NCBI GenBank assembly: GCA_021735245.1 | Contig: JAIPHJ010000001.1 | Span: forward strand, 20,837 to 84,836 | Length of the DNA: 64,000 nt | Reading direction: 5' to 3' | Source: Candidatus Bipolaricaulota bacterium | GTDB taxonomy: Bacteria > Bipolaricaulota > Bipolaricaulia > M55B111 | Shown here: piece after piece, positions 31,111-40,340 of the stretch | Layout of the letters: each line of letters begins with the position of its first letter | How positions within the stretch are numbered: the stretch's first letter is position 1 | Translations under genes and position numbers: made by a program | Notes under the pieces: generated by a model | Database searches by the model: none | What the model was told of the DNA's origin: nothing | The model's input: only the letters and a program-made list of their open reading frames with translations

Positions 31111-32001
31111 TCATCCAGTATCAAAACCTGCCAGGGATTCCACGGAATCGGAACTTCTGTTCCAGTTTTTTGCTACTTTAACCTTCAAATCAAGGTAAAC
31201 TTTACTACCCGTTAACTTTTCCAGATCCTTACGAGCTCGTTTTCCGATTTCTTTTATCTTCTGCCCGTCCTTTCCAATTATTATCCCTTTTTGAGACCCC
31301 CTTACCACGAAAATATCGATGTATACTTCGAGCAGGTCTTCCTCCTCCCTCCGTTCGTAGGATTTAGTCCGGGTCGCTACGGAGTAAGGTAACTCTTCGT
31401 AAGTCAACTCGTAAACTTTCTCCCTTACGAGTTCGGACATCAGGAACTCTAAAGGCTTATCCGTGGAAACGTCTTCGGGGAATAGTCTATTTCCTTCTGG
31501 CAGGTATTCGATTATCTTGTCCAGAACGATATCAACTCCGTCACCGGTCAAAGCCGAGATCGGTATATATTCTTTAAAGATTCCCTCATCCTCGTAGGCC
31601 TCCAGTGTTCTGGCGATTTCAGCCGGGGTATGAACATCCACTTTGTTGACCAGGAGAAATGCGTCCTCCTCCTGGCCAGAAACTTTCTCGAGAAAAGGAC
31701 GTTCGTCATCAGGAACCTCCTCCCAGGGCTCAACCATATAAAGAATCAGGTCGGAACCTTTTATACCCTTCCTGGCTTCTTCCACCAGGTAGCTTCCTAA
31801 CGAGTTATCGGGCTCGTGGATGCCGGGTGTATCCAGAAATACGACCTGGGCATCATCTCGATTATAAATACAGTTTATTCTATTGCGCGTGGTTTGGGGT
31901 TTGTCGGAAGTTATGGAGACTTTATCCCCGACTATCCTGTTCACGAAAGTGGATTTACCGACATTTGACTTGCCCAAGAGGTGAACGAAACCGGATTTCA
32001 A
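31111..32001 (-). CDS. era: GTPase Era
   Basis: G..NVGKST, KPQTTR, DTPG, NKVD, KH domain IIIGKDG; probable TTG start after AAGGAGG. Confidence 0.96.
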   Translation of the reverse strand: MKSGFVHLLGKSNVGKSTFVNRIVGDKVSITSDKPQTTRNRINCIYNRDDAQVVFLDTPGIHEPDNSLGSYLVEEARKGIKGSDLILYMVEPWEEVPDDERPFLEKVSGQEEDAFLLVNKVDVHTPAEIARTLEAYEDEGIFKEYIPISALTGDGVDIVLDKIIEYLPEGNRLFPEDVSTDKPLEFLMSELVREKVYELTYEELPYSVATRTKSYERREEEDLLEVYIDIFVVRGSQKGIIIGKDGQKIKEIGKRARKDLEKLTGSKVYLDLKVKVAKNWNRSSDSVESLAGFDTG

Positions 32002-32160
32002 TTTGCCCTCCTTCCTTTCAAATAGATTATAGTTGAGCAAGGAGGGTTCTTCCAGCGCTCTGGAAGCGGAAAACTCTTGTTCGCTGTCCCCATGCTGGGT
32101 ATAATGGCTTTTGATCTTCAGAAAGAGAACAATAAAGAATTAGGAGTGAGGTCTCCAAGA

Positions 32161-33051
32161 GTGAAAATTTTAGCGAAGTCTTTTGCCAAGGTTAATCCTC
32201 GACTGAAAGTACTGGGTAAGTTAGACGAAGGGTATCACGAACTTGACATTAGCTTTTTGAGCGTCAACCTGGCGGATAAGCTGACTTTCGAACCCTCTAA
32301 CGAGAGGAAGATTAAGGTCTCGACCGGGGCGGACGTCCCGCCGGAAGAAAACTTGTGTTACAGGGCCGCAAAGAAGCTCAAAGAATCATGTTCCGCGAGT
32401 CAGGGAGCAAAGGTTACACTCGAGAAGCATATCCCGATCGGAGGAGGACTGGGAGGAGGAAGTTCGAACGCCGCCACGACACTCATCTGCCTCAATCGTC
32501 TATGGGACTGTAAACTCTCCCGAAGGGCGCTAGTAGAGATAGGAAAGGAGTTCGGAGCCGACGTACCGTTTTTCTTCTACGGAGGATACTGCAACGGTAA
32601 GGGAAAAGGTTCCGAGCTAAGAAAAAAAGAGAACGTATTTCGGAATTGCTTCATTCCCTTAATAATTCCACCTTTTTCCCAGCTTACTTCTGAGGTTTAT
32701 TCCAGATTCGATAAACTGACGGAGGGTTCTGAGAATCAAACTTCAAGGACCGACCACGATTATCCTCCTGAAATCGATAATTTCAAAATAGAAAACGACC
32801 TCCAGCGGGCCTCAATAGATTTGAATCCCGAACTGCAAACCTATCTGGACCTACTCCAGAACGCTTCCACCATAAAATCGGCTGGAGTAGCTGGAAGCGG
32901 TAGTTCGATATTTGGTATTTCCCGGAGAAAAGTTTCTTCAGAGGAAGTCGAAGAAGAACTGGAGAAAGGTTTGAGGTCGATCTCCGGGGAAGCAAAGCTG
33001 ATAGTAACCAGACCTACGAACCACGGCCAGCTAATAAGGGAAAGGGAGTAA
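32161..33051 (+). CDS. ispE: 4-diphosphocytidyl-2-C-methyl-D-erythritol kinase
   Basis: AKVN..L.V, GYHEL, KHIPIGGGLGGGSSNAA, GADVPFF; start uncertain. Confidence 0.93.
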   Translation: MKILAKSFAKVNPRLKVLGKLDEGYHELDISFLSVNLADKLTFEPSNERKIKVSTGADVPPEENLCYRAAKKLKESCSASQGAKVTLEKHIPIGGGLGGGSSNAATTLICLNRLWDCKLSRRALVEIGKEFGADVPFFFYGGYCNGKGKGSELRKKENVFRNCFIPLIIPPFSQLTSEVYSRFDKLTEGSENQTSRTDHDYPPEIDNFKIENDLQRASIDLNPELQTYLDLLQNASTIKSAGVAGSGSSIFGISRRKVSSEEVEEELEKGLRSISGEAKLIVTRPTNHGQLIRERE

Positions 33052-33055
33052 TCAC

Positions 33056-33682
33056 ATGCAGGTTACAATAGACGGACCGGCTGGAGTAGGAAAGACCAGC
33101 GTAGGAAGGAAAGTCGCCAGGAGGTTTTCACTGCTCTTTATTCAGTCCGGCCAGCTCTACAGAGCTCTGGCATACGGGAGAATCAACGATCTGGACCTTG
33201 AATCGCTCTCCCTCAGGTCTCGCGGTAAAACGGAGCCGGAGCTCTCAATAGGCGGGGAGAAGGTGAGAGAAGAACTCACGACGGAAGTAATTGGCGAGAA
33301 AGCTTCAAAGCTGGCTAAAGAGGAAGGAATAAGGAACCTCGTAAACGAAATAATCGTAGATTTTGCCGGAGACAGGGACGTTCTAGTAGAAGGCAGAGAC
33401 ATCGGGACGGAAGTTTTAACTGAAGCAGAGGTCAAAATATACTTGACGGCTTCGGCTGAGGAGAGGGCGAGGCGGAGGAAAAAGCAGATGAAAACCGACC
33501 GAACCCTGGAAGAAATTGAGGCGGGGATCAAAAAGCGCGATAACCGGGATCAGACGCGTAAACTGGCTCCCCTCGAACCGGCTGAAGACGCGATAATCAT
33601 CGATACGACCTCGCTATCGGAAAGGGAAGTGGTGGAGCGGGTCTCCGGAATTATCACCGACCACGAAATTCGAGAGAAGTGA
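33056..33682 (+). CDS. cmk: Cytidylate kinase
   Basis: IDGPAGVGKT, EGRDIGT.V, RD.RD..R..APL..A.DA..IDT. Confidence 0.93.
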   Translation: MQVTIDGPAGVGKTSVGRKVARRFSLLFIQSGQLYRALAYGRINDLDLESLSLRSRGKTEPELSIGGEKVREELTTEVIGEKASKLAKEEGIRNLVNEIIVDFAGDRDVLVEGRDIGTEVLTEAEVKIYLTASAEERARRRKKQMKTDRTLEEIEAGIKKRDNRDQTRKLAPLEPAEDAIIIDTTSLSEREVVERVSGIITDHEIREK

Positions 33683-33688
33683 TGGAAA

Positions 33689-34357
33689 GTGAGGGAAAAA
33701 ATAGGTAAACTGCTGCACAAACTTGGATACATGGGGCTTCTTGTAATAATCTATCTCGCTTCCAAGCTGTTCTTCAGGCTAAAAGTAGAAGGCAGAAAAA
33801 ACATTCCCGAAAACACGGATGATCTGGTAATTACTTCAACCCACTCGAGTTACTGGGATCCCCCGTTAATAGGGATTACCTTCGGGCTCCTGCAGAAAAT
33901 TCATTTCATCGCCCGGGAAGGTTTATTAGAGAATCCAATATTCTCACTCCCGGTAAGGACTTATTCCACGACAATAAACAGGGACGATTTCGGAAAGAAG
34001 GATCTAATTAATATGCTAAAGGCATTCAAACAAAAGGGTCCAATCTGCGTATTCCCCGAAGGAACGACCTCAGAAGGCTCTCCACCGAAGAGCGGTACAG
34101 TAAGGCTGGCCGAGAAGACCAATAGAAGATTTCTTCCACTGAAAATAGAATACGGCAGGAGTCCAACGGAATTTCCGTTCTTCTGGGCTCCGGCGGAGGT
34201 AACTATCGGCCCCCCTATCGATCTCGAGGACTTAAAACGACCCTCGACCGGGAAGGATGAAGGCGAAGAGCCAGCTCCCAAAGCCACCAATGACAAGGAA
34301 AAAGTCGATTACCAGGAACTTAGCGTTAAGCTAATGGATCACATTCGTCAGCTTTGA
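33689..34357 (+). CDS. plsC: 1-acyl-sn-glycerol-3-phosphate acyltransferase
   Basis: HSSYWD (HxxxxD) and FPEGT motifs; follows cmk. Confidence 0.85.
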   Translation: MREKIGKLLHKLGYMGLLVIIYLASKLFFRLKVEGRKNIPENTDDLVITSTHSSYWDPPLIGITFGLLQKIHFIAREGLLENPIFSLPVRTYSTTINRDDFGKKDLINMLKAFKQKGPICVFPEGTTSEGSPPKSGTVRLAEKTNRRFLPLKIEYGRSPTEFPFFWAPAEVTIGPPIDLEDLKRPSTGKDEGEEPAPKATNDKEKVDYQELSVKLMDHIRQL

Positions 34358-34426
34358 GGCCTCCCGAGCCCGAAATAAATCAAGGGCTCCTTAGTTTGAA
34401 AAAGAAATTTTATCCCATCTTCCCTG

Positions 34427-34455
34427 TTGATTCAAAGTAACTAAGAGGTTATTAT
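34427..34455 (+). promoter_or_regulatory. Putative sigma70 promoter of rpsA
   Basis: TTGATT-17 nt-TATTAT about 80 nt upstream of rpsA. Confidence 0.55.
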
Positions 34456-34537
34456 ATTATCACCTTTGTAAAGTCGGTAAAACTACAAGCCCAGAAGGTG
34501 GGGCTTGTAAAAACTCTAATTAATAGGTGGTCGTTTG

Positions 34538-36208
34538 ATGGAAGAGAAAATTAAGATGGAAGAAGCGTTTGACGAAACTGACGTAAGGACGTATAGCAGG
34601 GGCGATACTATTACAGGTAGTGTCGTCCAAGTAGAGGAGAAGGACATATTAGTGGATATCGGATACAAATCCGAGGGCATCCTGCCCAAATCGGAACTGT
34701 CTCCGTTTAGAGAAGAAGAGGGGATCGACACGGGAGAAGAGGTCGAAGTCCTCGTAACTTATATCGACGAGGAAAAAGGTACGGTTTACGTATCGGAAAA
34801 GCAAGCAGCCTACGAGAGAAAGATCGGAGAACTGGAAAAAGCGTTCAAGAAAGACGAGACGATTACCGGCACGATTACCGAAGAAGTGAAGAGTGCCGGT
34901 TATCACGTAAATATAGACGGAATCCAGGCTTTCCTTCCAGGGTCCCACCTAGGTTCTGATATGCCCAGCGTAATCTCGGAATTAAAGGGGAAGGATCTCA
35001 AATTCAAAATACTCGAGCTCTCCCGAAAAAACCGGAATATAGTGATCTCTCGCAGGGAGTACCTGGACGAAAAACAGGAAGAACGGATAGACGAAATATT
35101 CGAGGAGCTCGAAGTCGGCGAGACGATAACAGGGGAAATCAAATCGGTAGTGGACTTTGGTTTGTTCGTTGACATAGGCGGTTTCGAGGGACTGGTCCAT
35201 CGATCGGAAATTAGCTGGAAAGATTTGCCCGCTCCTCCCGACGATTACAAGGAAGGGGACGAAGTCGACGTAAAAGTAATCGATCTGGACAGAGAGGAAG
35301 AAAAAATTTCTCTGTCTATAAAACGGTTGACTCCGAACCCATGGGAAGGAGTTTCTGACAGATACCCCGTTGGCGAGACCGTGGAAGGCGAAGTAGTGTC
35401 CATTACGGACTTCGGTGCTTTTATCGAACTCGAAGAAGACGTCGAAGGTCTCATTCACATTTCCGAACTTTCCTGGGGCTACCCTGAGGACCCTCACGAA
35501 GTAGTAGAAGTGGGAGAAACCGTAGAAGCCGAGGTTCTGGAAGTAGACGAAGAAGAACAGAGGATCAGTCTTTCGGCCAGAAAATCCCAGCAGGACCCGT
35601 GGGAGAAGATCGAGGAAGTTTACGAACCGGGTACGGAGGTCAGCGGCAAAGTCACCAAGGTTACGGACTTCGGTGCTTTCGTTCAGCTAGAGGAAGGCGT
35701 CGAAGGTCTGGTACACGTTTCCGAACTCTCCTGGGATCACGTAAACCACCCGAGCGACATGCTGTCGGAGGGTGACAAGGTCAATACCCAGGTGCTCGAG
35801 GTAAACAAACAGGACCGAAGGATAAGCCTGAGCATAAAACAGGCCCAGAAGGATCCGTGGCACGAATTCCAGGATCTCTATTCGGTGGGTTCGAAAGTAA
35901 AAGGCGAAATATCCGAAATAAAGGACTTCGGTGCTTTCATTCAGATTACGGATGACGTCGAAGGACTTATTCACGTCTCCGAGATCTCTACCGAAAAGGT
36001 CTCCACGCCTGAAGACGTACTGGAAGTTGGTGACGAGGTAGAGGCAAAGATAATTGGAATCAACGACGAAAAAAGACAGGTTCGCCTTTCGATAAGAATC
36101 CTCCAGGAAGAAGAAAAGGGAGAAACTCGGGATAACGATTCCGACGAAGACGAAAGCGGACACGAAACGATCTCGATGAGAGAACACCTCGAGGACAAAG
36201 GACTTTAG
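34538..36208 (+). CDS. rpsA: 30S ribosomal protein S1
   Basis: DIGYKSEG, AFLPGS, repeated DFGAF...VEGL.H.SE S1 domains (six in total). Confidence 0.97.
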   Translation: MEEKIKMEEAFDETDVRTYSRGDTITGSVVQVEEKDILVDIGYKSEGILPKSELSPFREEEGIDTGEEVEVLVTYIDEEKGTVYVSEKQAAYERKIGELEKAFKKDETITGTITEEVKSAGYHVNIDGIQAFLPGSHLGSDMPSVISELKGKDLKFKILELSRKNRNIVISRREYLDEKQEERIDEIFEELEVGETITGEIKSVVDFGLFVDIGGFEGLVHRSEISWKDLPAPPDDYKEGDEVDVKVIDLDREEEKISLSIKRLTPNPWEGVSDRYPVGETVEGEVVSITDFGAFIELEEDVEGLIHISELSWGYPEDPHEVVEVGETVEAEVLEVDEEEQRISLSARKSQQDPWEKIEEVYEPGTEVSGKVTKVTDFGAFVQLEEGVEGLVHVSELSWDHVNHPSDMLSEGDKVNTQVLEVNKQDRRISLSIKQAQKDPWHEFQDLYSVGSKVKGEISEIKDFGAFIQITDDVEGLIHVSEISTEKVSTPEDVLEVGDEVEAKIIGINDEKRQVRLSIRILQEEEKGETRDNDSDEDESGHETISMREHLEDKGL

Positions 36209-36216
36209 CGCAACGG

Positions 36217-36798
36217 ATGACCGGTAACTTGTTCCTTCTCTCAGTATCCGCTCTTGCGTCCTACTTAATTGGTGCCATTCCTTTTAGCTATCTAATCCCA
36301 AAGGTATTTCTGGATACCGACGTAAGGCAGCATGGCTCCGGAAACCCCGGAGCCTCTAACGTTTCTCGGGTATGCGGAAAAAGCTACGGGATAGCCGCCC
36401 TGATTATGGATGTGGGCAAGGGAATAGTTGCTGCCTTTTTAATTCAGCAACTGGGATACCCGGTAGGACTAGGTTTCCTGGCAATAATTGGTCACGTAGC
36501 AAACCCTTTCCTCCGGTTTTCTGGAGGGAAAGGGGTAGCAACTTCTCTGGGAGTTATAAGCTACGTCTCTCCTTTCTCCGGACTGATCTTCGTCTTAACC
36601 TGGGCTACGGTCCTGTTAATTTGGAAGATTGCCGGACTCAGCTCACTGGTGGCTATCTCCACCACCCCCGTGGCTTTCTATTTCCTCGGCGTTAAGACCT
36701 CGTTACTCTGGATTTCCCTGGCCCTGGTTTGCCTCATCTATTTTACCCATCGAGGTAACATAACCAGACTTATCCGGGGAGAGGAGCGGGCCATCTAA
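36217..36798 (+). CDS. plsY: Glycerol-3-phosphate acyltransferase PlsY
   Basis: YLIGAIPF, GSGNPGASN, GGKGVAT, HRGNI.RL. Confidence 0.95.
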   Translation: MTGNLFLLSVSALASYLIGAIPFSYLIPKVFLDTDVRQHGSGNPGASNVSRVCGKSYGIAALIMDVGKGIVAAFLIQQLGYPVGLGFLAIIGHVANPFLRFSGGKGVATSLGVISYVSPFSGLIFVLTWATVLLIWKIAGLSSLVAISTTPVAFYFLGVKTSLLWISLALVCLIYFTHRGNITRLIRGEERAI

Positions 36799-36851
36799 GG
36801 CCACCCACCTTTTGGGGATTCTAGGACGTGTCCCGGTTCAGTCAGAAAGTC

Positions 36852-37211
36852 TCAGGTCTCAAGTACGGCAATAGCAAGAGCATAATCCTTCAGGTGGGTA
36901 ATTGAGATGTGCAGGTCTTCCTGGGAAACAACTATCTTTTCGTCACTTTCAATAAGGACAACCGGCCTACCGTTAGGCTCGGACTCCACTTTAATTGACT
37001 TCCAGGGGATCTTTTCTCCAACGGCCTTTATAACGGCCTCCTTGGCTGCAAATCGACCCGCCAGGTGCTCGTGCTGTCTCCGGCCTGACAGACAGTAATC
37101 CAGTTCGGGCCCGGTAAAGACCCTGTCCAGAAACTTACGACCCCAGCGATCCACCAGTCGTCTTATTCTCGGAACTTTCACGATATCTATTCCTACACCG
37201 CGGATACCCAA
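36852..37211 (-). CDS. acpS: Holo-ACP synthase
   Basis: GVGIDIV, AGRFAAKEAVIKA, HISITH. Confidence 0.95.
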   Translation of the reverse strand: MGIRGVGIDIVKVPRIRRLVDRWGRKFLDRVFTGPELDYCLSGRRQHEHLAGRFAAKEAVIKAVGEKIPWKSIKVESEPNGRPVVLIESDEKIVVSQEDLHISITHLKDYALAIAVLET

Positions 37212-37228
37212 CCTGGGTCACCACCCGG

Positions 37229-37828
37229 TTATACCTTGAGTCGTTCGGCCCTGATTACCGCCCTTAGGTCCCCGACAGCTCTTTTCAGTTTTTTGTTTAC
37301 TATTAGATAGTCGAACTCCGGAATGCGGGATAATTCCTTTTGAGCAACTTCCATCCTCCTCTCCATCGTCTCCGGACTTTCAGCTCCGCGGTCGACGATC
37401 CTCCTTTCCAGTTCTTCGAGCGAGGGCGGAGCCAGGAAAACGAATACCGCATCCACTGAGGGATCGGCTCGGAGCTGCTCGGCCCCCTGTACATCGATAT
37501 CAAGGAACGGATCTCGACCTTCACTTTTGATCCGGTCTATCTCTTTCCGGGAAGTTCCGTAATAATCACCGTAAATCTCCGCCCATTCCAGAAACTTATC
37601 CTCTTTCCTGAATCGTTCGAACACTTCCCTATCGACGAAGTAATAGTCCTCTCCCTCGACCTCGTCCGGTCTTTTATCGCGAGTGGTGTGTGAGACGGAA
37701 TAAGCTAACCTCCCGTCGCTCCCGAGGGTATGGTCCATAATCGTCGTTTTGCCAACGCCCGAGGGCCCCGTTATTACGAAAAATATTCCGCTTCTTCTGT
37801 GTTCTTCGTAAGAATCGTTCTGTGACAT
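37229..37828 (-). CDS. gmk: Guanylate kinase
   Basis: GPSGVGKT, SHTTR..RP.E..G.DY.F, YYGT, DIDVQGA. Confidence 0.96.
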   Translation of the reverse strand: MSQNDSYEEHRRSGIFFVITGPSGVGKTTIMDHTLGSDGRLAYSVSHTTRDKRPDEVEGEDYYFVDREVFERFRKEDKFLEWAEIYGDYYGTSRKEIDRIKSEGRDPFLDIDVQGAEQLRADPSVDAVFVFLAPPSLEELERRIVDRGAESPETMERRMEVAQKELSRIPEFDYLIVNKKLKRAVGDLRAVIRAERLKV

Positions 37829-37904
37829 ACCTGCTCCACCTCAAACATCAATTACAAACTTCTATTCCTGCAGCATCCTTTCCAGTGATAATTATTTCAG
37901 GGAA

Positions 37905-38801
37905 TCAGGCCAGGTTGCGGGATTGCTCTTTGAACTTTTCCAGAGCCAGTTTCATCTCAATAACTTCCGACTGGATCTTACTGTCTTTCGACTTTGCCCC
38001 CAGCGTATTTATCTCTCGCTGAAGTTCCTGTCTGATGAATTCGAGCTTCTTTCCCACCAGGCCTCCCTCCTTCAATGTCTCCTTAGCCGTTTCGATGTGG
38101 GACTTCGCCCGAGATATTTCCTCGTTAACGTCTACCCTGTCGGCAAAAGAGGCAACCTCCTGTTCCAGCTTCTCCTCGTCTGGTTCAACCCGTTCCTCCA
38201 GCAACTTATCAATCCTGGCCTCCAGCTCGCGTTTGTACTGCCGAACGACTTCTGGGACATCCTCTTCTGCCTCCTCCAACTGCCGGGAAATTTCGTCCAG
38301 ATGGTCCAGCATATCTTCTCTGATCGATCGTCCTTCTTTTTCCTGAGCTTCCAGGGCCTCTTCTATTGCTTGACTCAAAGCATCTTTAATTGTGGGCCAG
38401 GACCCTTTGTAGAGCGGGGTCGTTTCCAGTAAATCGAGGGAAATCAGGTCACCGAGATCGGGTCCCTCCGGAATTCCCAGGTCTTCAGCAAGTTGGGAAA
38501 GGCTGGCAAAACTCTTGCGGATCGCCTCGCTATCCAGTTCGGCCGGGGCAAGTCCCTCGCCTTCCTCCACTTCAATTCTAACTTCGATCCTTCCCCGGGG
38601 AAAAGATTCCCTGACGTAGTTTTCGACTTTATGAGTCAAACCCTGGTCCTCCCTGAGTCCCCGAACCTTGACGGAAGTATTATCATGATTCAGAGTCCGG
38701 ACGTTTGCCTCTATCTTCCTCCCTTCAAGACTCCCGGTCCCCTCACCGTACCCCGTCATGGAATAGATTCGTCCACTACCTTCGAAATCCGATGGCACCA
38801 T
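37905..38801 (-). CDS. YicC/YloC-family endoribonuclease
   Basis: SMTGYG near the N-terminus; GKKLEF..QEL.REINTLGAKS; sits upstream of gmk. Confidence 0.93.
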   Translation of the reverse strand: MVPSDFEGSGRIYSMTGYGEGTGSLEGRKIEANVRTLNHDNTSVKVRGLREDQGLTHKVENYVRESFPRGRIEVRIEVEEGEGLAPAELDSEAIRKSFASLSQLAEDLGIPEGPDLGDLISLDLLETTPLYKGSWPTIKDALSQAIEEALEAQEKEGRSIREDMLDHLDEISRQLEEAEEDVPEVVRQYKRELEARIDKLLEERVEPDEEKLEQEVASFADRVDVNEEISRAKSHIETAKETLKEGGLVGKKLEFIRQELQREINTLGAKSKDSKIQSEVIEMKLALEKFKEQSRNLA

Positions 38802-39621
38802 AGCCCACTACCTCCCGGCCGTATCCGGCTACTTCTCCCGAGGTTGCGTATTTTAACCTCGTCGGCAATAGATCTCTTTTCAAAGCAAAATTTAGCAGGA
38901 CACCGATAGATCCGTATCCACAGATCGAAATTTTGTGTTCTCGAACGGTCTCGTAAAACTCTCCCACCTCTCGATTCATTATGGACTCGATGGCCCGTTC
39001 GTCTTTCTCCTCCGCGACCTCTCGAGGTTCGTAATGGGTAAAATCGGTACTGGAAATTATCAAAGCCCCTTCCGGAAGGTTTTCCTCCAGTGCGGACCCC
39101 ACGTCTCCGGCTACCTTTTCAGTTTGGTCCTTTAAACAGATTGGTACGATTGAAAACTCGCTCCCCCAGAGATGCTGGAGAAAAGGCAATTGAACTTCGA
39201 TCGAGTGCTCTCGGCGGAAGGGGGCAGGATCCGGTTCGAGCAGCTCACTCGACTCCAAAATTTTTCGGGCGAGATCTCCCTCGAACTCAACCTCCCCCAG
39301 CGGGGTGCTCCACCTACCCTCGGTAACCAGGGAAGCAGACGAACCAGCCCCGGAATGGTTCGTCCCGATAATAACCACTGCCTCCGGCTTCCCTAACTCG
39401 GACAGCCATCGAAAAGCGTGAGCCGCAACGGGCCCGGAATAAGGATAACCTGCGTGGGGAGCTATCAATCCAACCGGAGATGCTAATTCCTCCTCAGAAA
39501 CCTCGGGGAGTTCGCCCGGACCAAATTTGTGAGTATAACAGTCTTCAATCTTATCGATTAAATCTTCCCTGCGCCCGGGATAGAATTTCCCGGCAACGAC
39601 GGGTCCGAAATTTTTTGCCAT
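38776..39621 (-). CDS. MEMO1-family protein (AmmeMemoRadiSam protein B)
   Basis: VAGKFYP, PHAGYPYSG, EHSIEVQLPFLQ, STDFTHY, ICG, VVGY. Confidence 0.93.
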   Translation of the reverse strand: MAKNFGPVVAGKFYPGRREDLIDKIEDCYTHKFGPGELPEVSEEELASPVGLIAPHAGYPYSGPVAAHAFRWLSELGKPEAVVIIGTNHSGAGSSASLVTEGRWSTPLGEVEFEGDLARKILESSELLEPDPAPFRREHSIEVQLPFLQHLWGSEFSIVPICLKDQTEKVAGDVGSALEENLPEGALIISSTDFTHYEPREVAEEKDERAIESIMNREVGEFYETVREHKISICGYGSIGVLLNFALKRDLLPTRLKYATSGEVAGYGREVVGYGAIGFRR

Positions 39622-39806
39622 AAATTACGACTCCTTTTTTGTACTTTCGTTTCAGGCAATTTACTTTAATTCACGGGTATAGAATTATAGGTTAAGCAGC
39701 CACCATTGGCAAAAGCTATTAAACCCGGGTCTTTCACCACCGGCCGAAAGCGACTCGTAATTCTTGACCGCCGACTCGATTCTATTCGCTATACCCTCTT
39801 CCGCTT

Positions 39807-39864
39807 ACCTGGCTGCCTTATTACCTCTACTGTTGAGTTTCAAAGGTTAAATCAGTTGCCGGGA
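39807..39864 (+). repeat. Dispersed ~60-bp intergenic repeat, copy B
   Basis: acctggctgcc-N15-ttgagtttc-aa-aggttaaatcagttgccggga; blocks nearly identical to 48616-48680. Confidence 0.75.
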
Positions 39865-39998
39865 CTAAATCCAACGCAATAAAGATCCCGGTCGGACCAA
39901 GCAAAAGCTCTCCCGGTTACAGGTTAGCCGTTAGTTCACGGTTACGAAATAAGAGGATCGTTTATAACTCCCACGAACAACGGTCAGAGGAAGTTCCA

Positions 39999-40026
39999 TT
40001 GATCTACAATTGGTCTTTCGTATAAT
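39999..40026 (+). promoter_or_regulatory. sigma70 promoter for the tRNA pair
   Basis: TTGATC-16 nt-TATAAT ending 11 nt before tRNA-Gln. Confidence 0.7.
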
Positions 40027-40037
40027 TTATTGTCCTG

Positions 40038-40111
40038 TGGGAGATCGTCTAATGGTAGGACGGCAGGTTCTGGACCTGCTAGTGGAGGTTCGAATCCTCC
40101 TCTCCCAGCCA
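40038..40111 (+). tRNA. tRNA-Gln(CTG)
   Basis: Acceptor tgggaga/tctccca, anticodon arm gcagg-ttCTGga-cctgc, T-loop ttcgaat, encoded CCA. Confidence 0.97.
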
Positions 40112-40116
40112 GAAAT

Positions 40117-40192
40117 GGTCCCGTCGTCTAGCGGCCTAGGATATCGGGTTCTCATCCCGGCGACAGGGGTTCGAATCCCCTCGGGACTGCCA
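40117..40192 (+). tRNA. tRNA-Glu(CTC)
   Basis: Acceptor ggtcccg/cgggact, anticodon arm tcggg-ttCTCat-cccgg, T-loop ttcgaat, encoded CCA. Confidence 0.97.
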
Positions 40193-40340
40193 ACTTGATC
40201 AGTTGATCCGTCATTGCTATTGATAAAACCCACCTTTCAATCCCGTAGGTAAGAAAAGGACTGAGGTCTATTTTCCAATCTACGAACTTGAGACGTTTCA
40301 ATCCCTATCGTAAAATTCCTGAGTTAAGGGGTGAGTTTAA

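Noticed and set aside
35340..35990. Nucleotide repeats ggacttcggtgcttt and gtcgaagg within rpsA
   Set aside because: Explained by tandem S1 domains; not a CRISPR or mobile repeat.
40010..40233. Two short ORFs over the tRNA genes
   Set aside because: The sequence is fully explained by tRNA-Gln and tRNA-Glu.
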